Part shown: positions 35,202 through 45,998 of the stretch, one piece after another
Numbering within the stretch: the stretch's first letter is position 1
How the letters are laid out: each line of letters opens with the position of its first letter
Virus record (IMG/VR): IMGVR_UViG_3300020172_001601
Span: 62,001 to 126,000 of that record
DNA: 64,000 nucleotides
Strand: one strand, 5' to 3'
The notes under the pieces: generated by a model
What the model was told of the DNA's origin: nothing
The model's database searches: none
Seen by the model: the letters and a program-made list of their open reading frames with translations, nothing else
Translations under genes and position numbers: made by a program

Positions 35202-35225
35202 GCAACTCTGACAATTGTTGAATTC

Positions 35226-35261
35226 AACCGATCCCGTGGTCAAACTGCGGGATCGGTTTTT
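35226..35261 (+). terminator. intrinsic terminator
   Basis: AACCGATCCCGTGG/CTGCGGGATCGGTT followed by T run. Confidence 0.75.
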
Positions 35262-35558
35262 CGCTGTAAAAAAGACGAAAATTCGTGGTACAATGGAGGA
35301 CATATGAAAGAGCCATTGAGAGGACCGAACCTGGAAGGTTTTTCAGTTGGTGCGTGGTGTCCGACACCAGATGGCACGGGGAAACCTACAGCGGTCGCCA
35401 TCACTTTGCAGGTGAAGGGATTGGGAGATTTGGTTATGCGACTAAAATCTCCAGAACGTGTCGATGAAATGGTGCGATTGCTCCTACAATATAAGCAGGA
35501 GGTTTGGCCGAAACCGACAACGGATGGTCAGCATAGGCACGCAAGCCTCAACTGATAT

Positions 35559-35629
35559 TGCCCGATGGTGTAATGGTAGCACAATTGACTTTGACTCAAT
35601 TAGACCAAGTTCGAGTCTTGGTTGGGCAA
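35559..35629 (+). tRNA. tRNA-Gln(TTG)
   Basis: ATTGA-CTTTGAC-TCAAT. Confidence 0.9.
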
Positions 35630-35818
35630 CTATGGCAAGATCACTACATAAAGATCAAAGCATCACTCAAAAGAATGATGCCAGCAGCATTGGGAACAAG
35701 CGTCGGAAGGCTCGTAAGGCCAAGACGAATTCCAATAAACGTGACCGTCAATTTCTAAACAAAGACCTAAAGGAACAGATCATGAGCTTGTGCTAACTTA
35801 AACGAAGCCCGGTCCTCG

Positions 35819-36289
35819 ATGGACAAGGCGTTTGAATTTTTCCGTGACCAAATGCGAGGCATCAGGCATGGAGAAATCTCCACTGGCCTCATCGACACAA
35901 TCCGGGTGGAAGCATACGAGCAGCGATTGCCGCTCAAGCAACTGGCCTGGACCTCACCAGATAAAAACAACCGAATCCTAGTGTCACCGTATGACACGGC
36001 TTTATTGGGAGCAATTGATCGTGCCATTAAAGCAGAAGGGTTCAACTCCTATGTTTTCTCCAAAACCCAGGTGGTAGTCAATTGTCCGGTTCGTAGTGGT
36101 GAAGATACAGAACGGGTGATCCAACAGATCAATAAGCTGGCCGAAGAAGCCAGAGTTGTGATTAGGAATATCCGAAAGAAGATTCGCCAAAAAGCCGAAG
36201 AGGATATAGACAAACCACTTCAAAAGTTGACGGATGAAAAGATCAAAGAAATCAATGATCTCGTTGACTACAAGGTGAAGTGCTTATGA
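35819..36289 (+). CDS. frr: ribosome recycling factor
   Basis: MDKAFE..IRHG..LIDTIRVEAY..PLKQLA..PYD..AEEARVVIRNIR. Confidence 0.88.
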   Translation: MDKAFEFFRDQMRGIRHGEISTGLIDTIRVEAYEQRLPLKQLAWTSPDKNNRILVSPYDTALLGAIDRAIKAEGFNSYVFSKTQVVVNCPVRSGEDTERVIQQINKLAEEARVVIRNIRKKIRQKAEEDIDKPLQKLTDEKIKEINDLVDYKVKCL

Positions 36290-36773
36290 CGCATCCGAAT
36301 ATGATCCCGGTCAGTTGTGCCAACTTAGACGAAATGCGTATGCTGGCACAGCAGATGCGTGCCTTGTGTCTCGTGGACCCTGATAAAGTCGAAGGATATA
36401 CGGCCTCGACTACTAAGGAAGAATGCGACAAGCGTTCTTTGGATGTTCAGGCAGACATAATCGCAAGTGGTCATTTGCGATTCATTCACTACCCACCAGA
36501 TGGTCGTATTGTGAATGTTGTATGCACGCTATTGGAACCTGAGAGTGGCGAAAAGGAATGGAACCTTTCCATGAGCCATGCCACTCTTGCCGGGCCGAGG
36601 CGAGTTGAAGACGATCTTGCCAAGATGATTTGTGAAGCGTTCTTGGATGACTTTTACCAAGAAGTTGATCCCAAGGCGTATTGGAAAAACGTGAGGCATT
36701 TCATCAAGGCTGCGTGAAAAACACGATGGTTGGTTTTGGTTTGCGTCAATTATATTATGATTGACTGCTAAAC

Positions 36774-37350
36774 CAGGGATAGGAACCGATGATGGACTCT
36801 TTAGTGTAAGCAACACGCCCAGAGATGGCTTCAAAGGGAAATGCTTGGTAAATCCAATAGGCCACCAGTTCGCTGGGTTCTATGGGCTAGTCCGAGAGAG
36901 AGCGAGTCAAAGGGTGGTATTCCCTGTACGCAAATTGACAACGCCTACGGGATTAACGACCGGGGCCGATAGTCTAGCAGTCCTTCGGCAGTGGGTTTGA
37001 CCCCCACAGGGACCAGCCATCGTGCTTTTAAGAAACGTGCCTACCATTGGCACATATGGAAAGGATCAATGGATATTTACAAACCTATTCGTGACGGGCC
37101 AAACAGCATTTTAATGCTCGTTTGGAGCTACGTTGAGAATCTAATGCCAACAATCTCAATGAGATTAGTTTGGATGCTCCCTGGCCACCGGAAAACCGAG
37201 ATCAGGGTCAATGATTTGAGTGGTTCTTGGCACTGGCAGGCTGTCATGAGTGGGGATTCTGTCATAGAATAGCCGAACTAAGGTTCGCTCAAAGGGAGTG
37301 GACTCGAATAAGGCGAATAAAGGCAGAGCGGGACCACAGATTATCTGCTA
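36774..37350 (+). ncRNA. large (~550-nt) structured ncRNA candidate
   Basis: No convincing ORF, many hairpins, T-loop-like GTGGG-TTTGACC-CCCAC, abuts tRNA-Arg. Confidence 0.4.
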
Positions 37351-37355
37351 ACTAT

Positions 37356-37425
37356 GCCCCGTCCGTTGGATAGCGGCGTCGAGTTTCCTAAACTTGATAA
37401 ATTGGTTCGATTCCAATACGGGGTA
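37356..37425 (+). tRNA. tRNA-Arg(CCT), compact non-canonical fold
   Basis: TCGAGT-TTCCTAA-ACTTGA. Confidence 0.75.
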
Positions 37426-38429
37426 CTTTGGTTTGTCGGAAAGGATTGCCATGAAATATTGCACTTACGTTAGATTCCAAGGCATCCTGGGTTGGTTGCA
37501 TGGATGGTTCTTAGTCGGTATTTCCGACGAACAACGAACATCTGGATATGTGACCGAGTTTGCCCACTTTGGAATCAAAGTGTTGCTGCTCGAAATGCAA
37601 CCTCCACTAACGCCAAGATTTCATTTCGTTCCCAAGGGAGCGAAGATCATGGGATCAGGGACCATATCGGTATACAGAATATGAAAACAATTTTCGATTA
37701 CCTCGATCAACATGGCGTCATTGACGATGAGTCGGTGGCTTATGCGAAACCCGGTGACTATCCGTTCTCTCTGGAAGAGTTCAGGGCATTCACGGATAAG
37801 ATATGGGACGATGCAGGCGGCTGGGATTCATCCGACAAGTACGTTGTCGAAGGTGCATGTTTCGAGACGTATTACATTCCATTCGATATGGAAGGCAAAA
37901 AGTATTGTCTTCACATCATGTATGGACAAGGCTCTGCTTGGACCGTCTTTACGGAGGCCGAGCATATCGAAGCCGCCAAGCGACTTGCTGAATTGGACCT
38001 GAAACTGGAGTTGGAAGACGATGAATAAGTGGCTTATATTTGCTCTCTTTTGTTTGTTGTTATTGGGATGCAAACACAAACCAACCAAGGTGACGAATCC
38101 AACTCCTGGCGGCATTATTGTTGTAGACGAAGAAGGCAACGAATCAGAGTTCCTTCCTTTGACTGAAGATGAGTTTAAGAAACTCCAAGACGATTTGCGA
38201 AAGCAAAAACCATGAATCAATATGTGATCTACAAAAAGCCCAAGGACTACCCAACCAAGTTCGTGGTGCGGCTATGGATCATTGGTCCTGGAACGGCACA
38301 AGCAGGACCATTGATCTGTACCGCAGATACAATTGAGGAAGCACGAGCGAGTATGCCAGATGGCGTCGATCAGCTTCCTACGTTTGATTCCGACGATCCG
38401 GTGATCGCCGAAGTTTGGATGTAAGCTAT

Positions 38430-38506
38430 GTCCCCATAGCTCAACTGGATAGAGCAACAGCCTTCTAAGCTGTAGGTTGCAGGTTCGAGTCCTGCTGGGG
38501 ATACCA
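38430..38506 (+). tRNA. tRNA-Arg(TCT), encoded CCA
   Basis: canonical; ACAGC-CTTCTAA-GCTGT. Confidence 0.95.
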
Positions 38507-39018
38507 TAAAGAAAGAAAATAAATATGTCTTGGGAAGGAAAGCCAAAATGGAACGGAGAGTATGCCAGCTTCGGAAAAATAATGGGCAAACTTTTTCCTG
38601 TGATGGGTGTAGAGCCATTCGTGATTGCCATTGAAGGCAGCGACGATATGTTCTTTATGCTTTTCTCCGATGAGGAAAAGCTGCGAGAAACCAGCACGAA
38701 ATTCCTCAAGAAATTGGGCGCACCAGAGAACCTTTTGAGTGTGGGTCGTGTCACAAGTGAAGAGTTTGTCGATGCCATGATTTCAATGGGGATTCGACTC
38801 ATGTGCGATCCGGTGGTGATTGACGACCACCATACAAAATGGTTGGAGATCGTTCGCCAGGGCGACGTTTACAAATATGTCGATGCCCAATCCAATTGAT
38901 GCTGGTTTGCAAATTTCCAAATCATATTTGGAAAGTATTGAGTCTGGGCGAAGGATTCAAAGCAAAACAATAGATAATTACCTGCGGCTGTTTTTCGTAA
39001 GAGAGATAGCTTTTGCAC

Positions 39019-39121
39019 GGTCGGGTAACTCAGCGGCAGAGTCATCAGTGAATCCGGGTGGTTTTATAGTTGCCATTGCGGAAAGCTGATGAGGTCGCAG
39101 GTTCGAGTCCTGCCCCGGCCA
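39019..39121 (+). ncRNA. tRNA-like RNA with extended hairpin in anticodon arm
   Basis: GGTCGGG/CCCGGCC; CATCAGT..GCTGATG enclosing ~33-nt insert. Confidence 0.7.
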
Positions 39122-39140
39122 CTTGTTATAATGGAGTGAT

Positions 39141-39232
39141 GGGGGTGAACCCAAATGGTTGCGGGAACCGCCTTATAAGCGGCTTACAGTCAGATAAACT
39201 GAGTATACAAGGTTCGATTCCTTGCACCCCTA
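39141..39232 (+). tRNA. tRNA with TAT anticodon (Ile) and long variable arm
   Basis: CCGC-CTTATAA-GCGG; ~24-nt variable region. Confidence 0.75.
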
Positions 39233-39528
39233 CTCAAAGTTGCAATGGGCAAGAACAACAAATACCATAAATTCCCTCCCCGCAAGCAGGTTCCTGTCGG
39301 CGGGGTTTGTCTTTTGTGTCAATGCAATAGACAAGTGCGAATGGCAGCACGACCCTTCGTTAAGGGCAAGTCGATTTCTCATGCCCTTGGTTTTCCGGCT
39401 GCGATGCCTTTGCTTTCTCCCGGAATGATATTCAAAGGCGTCAATAACTTGACAGGTGAAGAAGAATCATTCAAAGTACAATGTGTATTGATTTTGAATC
39501 CAGAACGTAGTTCAGTAGAAAGAATAAA

Positions 39529-40437
39529 ATGAACATCACACGCATTGCTCCGTCGCCGACCGGCGATATGCACATTGGCACTGCCAGAACCGCATATTTC
39601 AACTGGCTCGCAGCACGGGCCAGCGGTGGTAAGTTCATTCTTCGGGTGGACGACACCGATCAGAAGCGAAACGATCCAGCCTATACAGAAGTCATTCTGT
39701 CCACAATGAAGTGGCTAGGTTTGGACTACGATGAGATCGTCTTCCAGAGTTCCAGATTCGACGTATACAAGGCCGCAGCGGGCTTGTTGATCCATGAAGG
39801 CTGGGCCGTTCCAAAAGATGGAGCCACGGTTTTTAACTTGAAGAAGGACCATGTTTTTCCTTCTCATTGGAAGGACGAAATCAAGGGCGACATCAAGATC
39901 AGCGATGATGACATATCCCATATGGATGGGATGGTTCTCATTAAGTCTGATGGGAGTCCATCTTATAACTTTTGTTCGATTGTTGATGATTTGCACATGG
40001 GGGTCAACCTAATCATCCGTGGAGTGGATCATATAACAAACACAGCAAAGCAGGTGATGCTTTGGGATGTCCTCAATAGCGGACAGACGATACCAAGGTT
40101 TGCCCACCTGGGTCTTATTTGCATTGATGGAAAGCCTATGTCCAAAAGAGACGGGGCATCGAGCATGTTGAATTACATGAACGCCGGATATGATTCCGAC
40201 GCCATGTTGAATTTTCTTGCACGCCTTGGTTGGGGGCCAACAAAGGACGACAAGTCCACAACCCTATTGCCGAGAGACAAGATGCTTGAAATGTTTCTAA
40301 CTTCGGGTAAGATGAGGAGTCAGCCAGCTAGTTTCGATTCTGGCAAATTGGAGTCGTTCGACCGCAAGTACAAGGCCCGTAAGGGGACTTGGCGAACGGG
40401 CGACAAGTTGATTTCTGACACTAACAAAGAGGCATAG
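39529..40437 (+). CDS. glutamyl-tRNA synthetase family protein lacking anticodon-binding domain
   Basis: RIAPSPTGDMHIG, LRVDDTD, IIRGVDH, KPMSKRDG; only 302 aa. Confidence 0.85.
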   Translation: MNITRIAPSPTGDMHIGTARTAYFNWLAARASGGKFILRVDDTDQKRNDPAYTEVILSTMKWLGLDYDEIVFQSSRFDVYKAAAGLLIHEGWAVPKDGATVFNLKKDHVFPSHWKDEIKGDIKISDDDISHMDGMVLIKSDGSPSYNFCSIVDDLHMGVNLIIRGVDHITNTAKQVMLWDVLNSGQTIPRFAHLGLICIDGKPMSKRDGASSMLNYMNAGYDSDAMLNFLARLGWGPTKDDKSTTLLPRDKMLEMFLTSGKMRSQPASFDSGKLESFDRKYKARKGTWRTGDKLISDTNKEA

Positions 40438-41086
40438 GCATGAACGAGGGAACTAAACCTGACATTGAACTGGCAAAGGATAAGGCGTGCGAGCAATTCG
40501 TTCGTCGTTGTCGGTATGCCATTTGTATCGAGAAGATCGACAACGCCGGTCTACATGCTGGTGCGCCGATGTACTTCTACTGCAAGGACTGTGGCATTCC
40601 TACAGAAGTTTTGCCCGAAGACTATCTGTTTACGCCATTGCGTCAGTGTAGCCAATGCCAAGGTCTTCACCAACAAGGCTGGCTGGACCATGCCAAGTCT
40701 ATGGCGAAGGATGACGACCTGTAGTATCGAATGAATATCTCAGGGATATGTTATACCCCGGACATACTTTCGGTGCTTGACCGATAGTTAGTCCGGGGTA
40801 TAATTATTTACTATGGATAATGAACAAGTCGTAGAGACAGAAAAGAAACCTCTGACACTCAGAGATGTATGCTTGGGAGTGTTGGGCGTATTCGTGATTC
40901 TGGCGATATTTGCCTTGCCTATTATGTTTCTGATGAATTTCCTGTTACCAGTTTTCGGTGTAGAGCGGCAGATTGACTACCAGCACTCGTTGGCGTTTGC
41001 GGTTCTTCTGTTTTGCATGGGGCGTTGCTTCAGCCCAGCCAAGTGATTTTACAACTGAAGCAAATCAGGGTATAATCCGGGCTGTC

Positions 41087-41455
41087 ATGAAAAAAACCGA
41101 TGCCTACAAATTCTTGAATTCGTTGGTGGAAAAGTATCCGAGCGATGCGGCTCCGATGCTGATTGACATCATTGTGGACTATTTGCTGTTCCCAAAAGGT
41201 GACGGCACCAGTCCCCAACTTACTGGCATTGACCAAAAAGTTGCTGAAATGATGGTTGATTCGAGTCGCAAGATTGAGGCTGTGAAATACGTTCGGGAGC
41301 AACTGCAATGTGGTCTTAAAGAAGCCAAGGACTATGTTGAGCAACGAGTGTGGCCTGCTGGCGTCGGTCCTCAAAGTGAAAAGGCTTTAGAACTACAATC
41401 CCGATATGTACAATCGGTTTTGGACAAAATTCGTGTTGATTATAACGTAGGGTGA
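41087..41455 (+). CDS. ribosomal protein L7/L12 C-terminal-like domain protein
   Basis: KIEAVKYVRE..CGLKEAKDYVE. Confidence 0.7.
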   Translation: MKKTDAYKFLNSLVEKYPSDAAPMLIDIIVDYLLFPKGDGTSPQLTGIDQKVAEMMVDSSRKIEAVKYVREQLQCGLKEAKDYVEQRVWPAGVGPQSEKALELQSRYVQSVLDKIRVDYNVG

Positions 41456-41461
41456 TATTGC

Positions 41462-42034
41462 ATGGCTGGATCGTTAGAAAGATTCGACTTCCAAGGTCGA
41501 AGTCTTGTGCGTGATGTATTCATTGAAACTGGCACTTACCTGGGCCAGACTTCGGAGAATGCGGCTCGTGCGGGGTTCAAGCATGTCCATACCATCGAAG
41601 TCTCCGACAGGATATTTGCACTGGCTCAAGAGCGATTTGCAGGCCGAACAGACGTGACGCCACATCACGGCTCCAGCCCTAATGTGCTGCCAAGCCTTTG
41701 CGATCCTAAATTGTCAACTGTGTTTTATCTGGACGGCCATTACCAAGGTGGGCCGCTTGATGAAAATGATCCGTTGGTTGGGGAATGTCCTCTGATATTG
41801 GAGTTGGATATTATTCGAGCGGTGGCTTGGGAAAAGTTGCCAGTCATCATAATTGATGACTCGAAGATATTCACTATTGCGGCTGAAAGTCGTGATGACT
41901 ATTTGAAAAACTGTCATCTTGATCCGGTCTTTTGGCCAAGTTATCAACAGGTGATTGATGCGTTGGGACCGGCCTATACGGTCTACGAAGAAGATGATAG
42001 GCTGTACTGCATACCTGGGGATGACAATGAGTGA
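41462..42034 (+). CDS. SAM-dependent methyltransferase-like protein
   Basis: FIETGTYLG, HTIE, FYLDGH, IIIDD. Confidence 0.7.
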   Translation: MAGSLERFDFQGRSLVRDVFIETGTYLGQTSENAARAGFKHVHTIEVSDRIFALAQERFAGRTDVTPHHGSSPNVLPSLCDPKLSTVFYLDGHYQGGPLDENDPLVGECPLILELDIIRAVAWEKLPVIIIDDSKIFTIAAESRDDYLKNCHLDPVFWPSYQQVIDALGPAYTVYEEDDRLYCIPGDDNE

Positions 42035-42370
42035 CATGCCAAGGGCGTCTTGGATTCATCGTGTTGATGCCCGCCGATTTCATTCGGCGGCAAGAATGAT
42101 GGAAGACGATTTGGAAGGTGCCTACTTGACCTGTAGGGAAAAGTACGGTGCAGAAGTGGCTGGAGTAGTGTTGGTCACAATACTCCGACAAAAATTGAAC
42201 AACAATCAAGACCAATGGCCTCCACCGGAAGACCTTATTCGCAAGGTGAACAACTTTCTCGTGGAACACGGCTTAATGATTGATTGAATTTGTTGACTGG
42301 ATGTGGGGTGCGAACCTCACCATGACATAGTGTGTCTGGTCAAATAACTCGAAAGGCAATGGTGATTACG

Positions 42371-44077
42371 ATGGCTAACAAGAATCTATTCAAGTCTGAG
42401 CGTGGCTCAATTGTTCCAGCAACGGACGTTCTCAACGAAGCTGGTGGTGTTGCATACAAGATGAGTGCAAAGCAGGCCCTTGCGCAGTACGTCTGCACTG
42501 GCTGCTTGAACGGCACCTACTACACGTCTGCCAAGACGCAACTGGACACTGTTCGTCAGTTGCTTACTGAAGTCGAGCCTGAGTTCCTTGGTCAGTTGGC
42601 TGTGTACTCGCACGAAAAGTCCTTCATGAAGGACTTGCCTGCTCTGTTGGTCGCATTCCTCGCATCCGACAAGGGTGCTGGTGGTGGTCCAACTACGGCT
42701 ACGCAGGAGCGAAAGCTGAAGACGCTCCGTAAGGTTTTCCATCGTGTCATCGACAGCGGCAACATGCTGCGCAACTTTGTGCAGATGATCCGTTCGGCAG
42801 CATTCGGTCGCAAGTCATTCGGTGAAGTGCCTCGCAAGCTGATTCGTGACTGGTTCGAGAATAAGTCTCCGGCTGGTATTTTCTTCCAGAGCATTGGCAA
42901 TAGCCCATCCCTGGCAGATATTATCAAGCTGACCAAGCCGAAGCCGAACACGCCTGAAAAGGCGGCTGTATTGGCGTATCTGCTTGGTGCAGAAACCGTT
43001 GACGGCGAAGATGGCAAGTTGCTTGTTCGCAAGTATCTTGACCGTGCCGACAAGCAGGTGAAGGTTGCGTACTCGCAGCCTTACGACAACCTGCCGGAAA
43101 TCATTCGTGAATACGAAGCGTGGAAGAAGGACAAGAGCCTCCCGGTTCCTGCCATCAACTTCCGCTTCCTGGACAACGAGAAGCTGTCAACTGCTCAGTG
43201 GGCAGATATTGCTTCCAAGGCAAACTGGCTTACGACCCTGAAGAACCTCAACGCATATGCCGACCACGGCGTATTCGGCGTTGAAGGCATGACTGACATG
43301 ATCGCCGCACGTCTCAGCAATGCTGATGAAGTGCGTAAGGTTCGGGTATTCCCATACCAGATCATGATGGCCTACCTCGCAACCGATACGGAAGCGAAAG
43401 TACCGCCCAAGGTCCGTAACGCCATTCAGGATGCTATGGAAGTGGCATGTGAAAACGTACCAGCGTTGGGAAAGGTTAAGTTCTTCCCGGACGTGTCTGG
43501 TTCGATGAGGAGCGCTGCTATTACGGGCGACCGTGGTTCGGCGACTTCTAAGGTTCGGTGTGTTGACGTGGCTGCTCTGTTCGCAGTGGCAATGCTTCGT
43601 CGCAACCCGGAAGCGGAAGTAATTCCGTTCGAGCAGACGGTTCGTGAACTTACACTGAACCCTCGTGACAGCATCATGACCAACGCTACTCGCCTCGCAG
43701 CGATTGGCGGTGGTGGAACCAACTGTTCGGCCCCACTTGCTTTGCTCAACGCAAAGAAGGATTGGTCGGCAGACGTGTTGGTGTATATTTCGGACTATGA
43801 GTCCTGGGTGGATAGCACTGGCTACCACGCTGGTAATGGCAACGGTACAGCACTGCTCAATGAGTGGGTGAAGTACAAGAGCCATAACAAGAATGCCAAG
43901 CTGATTTGCATCGACTTGACCCCTCGTGCAAACCATCAGGTCAAGGAACGTGATGATATTCTCCAGGTCGGTGGATTCTCGGACAACGTATTCAACGTGA
44001 TCGCAAGGTTCGTTGAAGGCGGCTGGTCGAAGGATTTTTGGGTCAAGGAGATTGAAAGCGTTCAACTGGATACTTAA
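42371..44077 (+). CDS. rsr: Ro60/TROVE domain RNA-binding protein with vWA domain
   Basis: NEAGGVAY, TGCLNGTYY, LKNL, VFPYQ, MIDAS DVSGSM, GGGTNCSAPL, ISDYESW. Confidence 0.9.
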   Translation: MANKNLFKSERGSIVPATDVLNEAGGVAYKMSAKQALAQYVCTGCLNGTYYTSAKTQLDTVRQLLTEVEPEFLGQLAVYSHEKSFMKDLPALLVAFLASDKGAGGGPTTATQERKLKTLRKVFHRVIDSGNMLRNFVQMIRSAAFGRKSFGEVPRKLIRDWFENKSPAGIFFQSIGNSPSLADIIKLTKPKPNTPEKAAVLAYLLGAETVDGEDGKLLVRKYLDRADKQVKVAYSQPYDNLPEIIREYEAWKKDKSLPVPAINFRFLDNEKLSTAQWADIASKANWLTTLKNLNAYADHGVFGVEGMTDMIAARLSNADEVRKVRVFPYQIMMAYLATDTEAKVPPKVRNAIQDAMEVACENVPALGKVKFFPDVSGSMRSAAITGDRGSATSKVRCVDVAALFAVAMLRRNPEAEVIPFEQTVRELTLNPRDSIMTNATRLAAIGGGGTNCSAPLALLNAKKDWSADVLVYISDYESWVDSTGYHAGNGNGTALLNEWVKYKSHNKNAKLICIDLTPRANHQVKERDDILQVGGFSDNVFNVIARFVEGGWSKDFWVKEIESVQLDT

Positions 44078-44132
44078 AATATATCCAGCTAGGTTTGGCT
44101 GGGGACCGGGTTGCCGGTCCTCGGCCTGCTTT

Positions 44133-44255
44133 TTGGCGGTAGCTCAATGGTAGAGCAAAAGTAAAAACAAATCTAAGCGATATTTGGGCTTCGGCCATGC
44201 AGTTTGGATTACATTATCCAACTTTAGGTTGTGTGTTCGATTCACACCCCGCCAG
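44133..44255 (+). ncRNA. tRNA/Y-RNA chimera directly downstream of Ro60
   Basis: D arm TAGCTCAATGGTAGAGC, T arm GTGTG-TTCGATT-CACAC, insert GCGATATTTGGGC-TTCG-GCCATGC..GGATTACATT as in 17999. Confidence 0.75.
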
Positions 44256-44631
44256 CTTCCAGCAGACTTTTATTTTCAGGTGATATATGGCTAAAGGCAA
44301 TAACTCTCAGAAGAATGACAAGAAAGACAAAAAGCAACCCAAGAACGCTAAGAAGGCAGCAGCAAATCAGCCCGCTGTTATTGGCAAGTCTAAGGGTAAG
44401 TAATGCCGAAAAGGACAAAACATCCTGACGGCTCTTTGTGTCTTGAAGGAATTCGCAGCATTCGTCGCAACAAGCAAGTCTGTTGCGACGAATTTTACTT
44501 CCGCACTGCAACTTGTGTTTACGACATTAGGTATCAGTGGTATAATCGCCACAAGACTTGGGGCATTCCTGTTTGCGATGGCGGGAGTAGCTTCATTGCC
44601 ATAACCTTCTGTCCACACTGCGGAGCGAAAT

Positions 44632-45486
44632 GTGATCCCCGTCAAAGAAGACAAACTCCGACCAGTCCTGGCCACAATGACAGGGACCAGAGCCGAAGGC
44701 TTGCTTAGGTTCCACGACGATCACATCAGCGAAATCTTATCTGCCAAAGGCTCATCGGGCGGCAATCATCAAGCCTGGAGCGGCGGTCTTCACGACCATC
44801 TTGTGCATTGCTTTGTATTAGCACAAGACCTCTATAAGCTCTTTCATGAGCGTATCGGCCCTGGTCCTCATGCCGGGCAACTCATCAATGGCGTGTACGA
44901 TCCACGTCCAATCCCGTTTTCTCTTGAAAGCGCAATCATTGTGCTTTATTTTCATGACATAGAGAAAATCTTCAAATACGGAAACAAGCCAGAGCGTTAT
45001 CCTCAGCGGCTCATTGAAGCTAAGGACGCATGGTATCTTGGTATTTTGCCAACCAAATACGGTATTGTATTTGACGATCAAGAATATAACGCATTGAAGT
45101 ACGCCCACGGCGAAGGCGATGACCATCGTAAAGATCAAAGAGTTGCCAGTCCCTTGGCGGGCTTCATTCATGCCATAGATTATCTATCGGCACGAGTTCT
45201 GTGGCAGATCAAAGATTTTGATTATGGTCTGGTCCCCAGGGAGCCAGTCTTGCCAGAAGCCGTTCAGAGCCTTCATTCCACTTGCTGTAAGGCAGTGGGC
45301 AAGCGTGTTAGGTACACCGGCACCAATGGCGATGAATACGACAAAATCAGGCATGGCCTCTTTGTCGAGGGCGAAGGGTTGTGTACAGAGCAACATGACA
45401 GTCATGGACTGTGCATTATTGTTCAGCACGATGATCGCACTACCATTTGTGTTGATCCCATTACCGTCGAAATTCTCGGTGACTAA
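44632..45486 (+). CDS. HD-domain phosphohydrolase
   Basis: HQAWSGGLHDH, YFHDIEK, YAHGE, IHAIDYLS. Confidence 0.75.
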   Translation: MIPVKEDKLRPVLATMTGTRAEGLLRFHDDHISEILSAKGSSGGNHQAWSGGLHDHLVHCFVLAQDLYKLFHERIGPGPHAGQLINGVYDPRPIPFSLESAIIVLYFHDIEKIFKYGNKPERYPQRLIEAKDAWYLGILPTKYGIVFDDQEYNALKYAHGEGDDHRKDQRVASPLAGFIHAIDYLSARVLWQIKDFDYGLVPREPVLPEAVQSLHSTCCKAVGKRVRYTGTNGDEYDKIRHGLFVEGEGLCTEQHDSHGLCIIVQHDDRTTICVDPITVEILGD

Positions 45487-45998
45487 TGTTTAAGATCAAG
45501 CATGATTCTTTTGTCTATATTGACGACGCAAAGCGTATTGGCGAATGTCGCTATGACGTTATTGCAACTATTGATTCACGATGGATTGTGGTGTTCACGG
45601 AATTGTTGAAGAATCCAGGGCCGAGCGTCACAAACGCTATTGAGTCTATTGTTCCACAATTTTGCCGATGCACTAGCCTCAAGCCAGAGGAAGTGATGTT
45701 TATTGAGCGATACCAAACACATCCAGATGATCTTGATGTGATAAACTATCAGCCCGATGGCACAACGAGTTGGAGTAGGCTTCCAGAAGATCAAGCTCGT
45801 CCAATCTTGGAGTTGCTATGATTCCGTTGCCGGTAATAAAAGTGGACTATCCTTTGTCTGTGGTTCCGGCGTGGTGCCGGATGCCTATTGAATATCACCA
45901 AGATGGCATTGGTGGTTGTTGGGGAATCTATCACGGGGAAGTGGCAAAATATGGCGAAGCGCATTGCCAAACTTGCGAGTATAAAGCCGCAAGTACAA

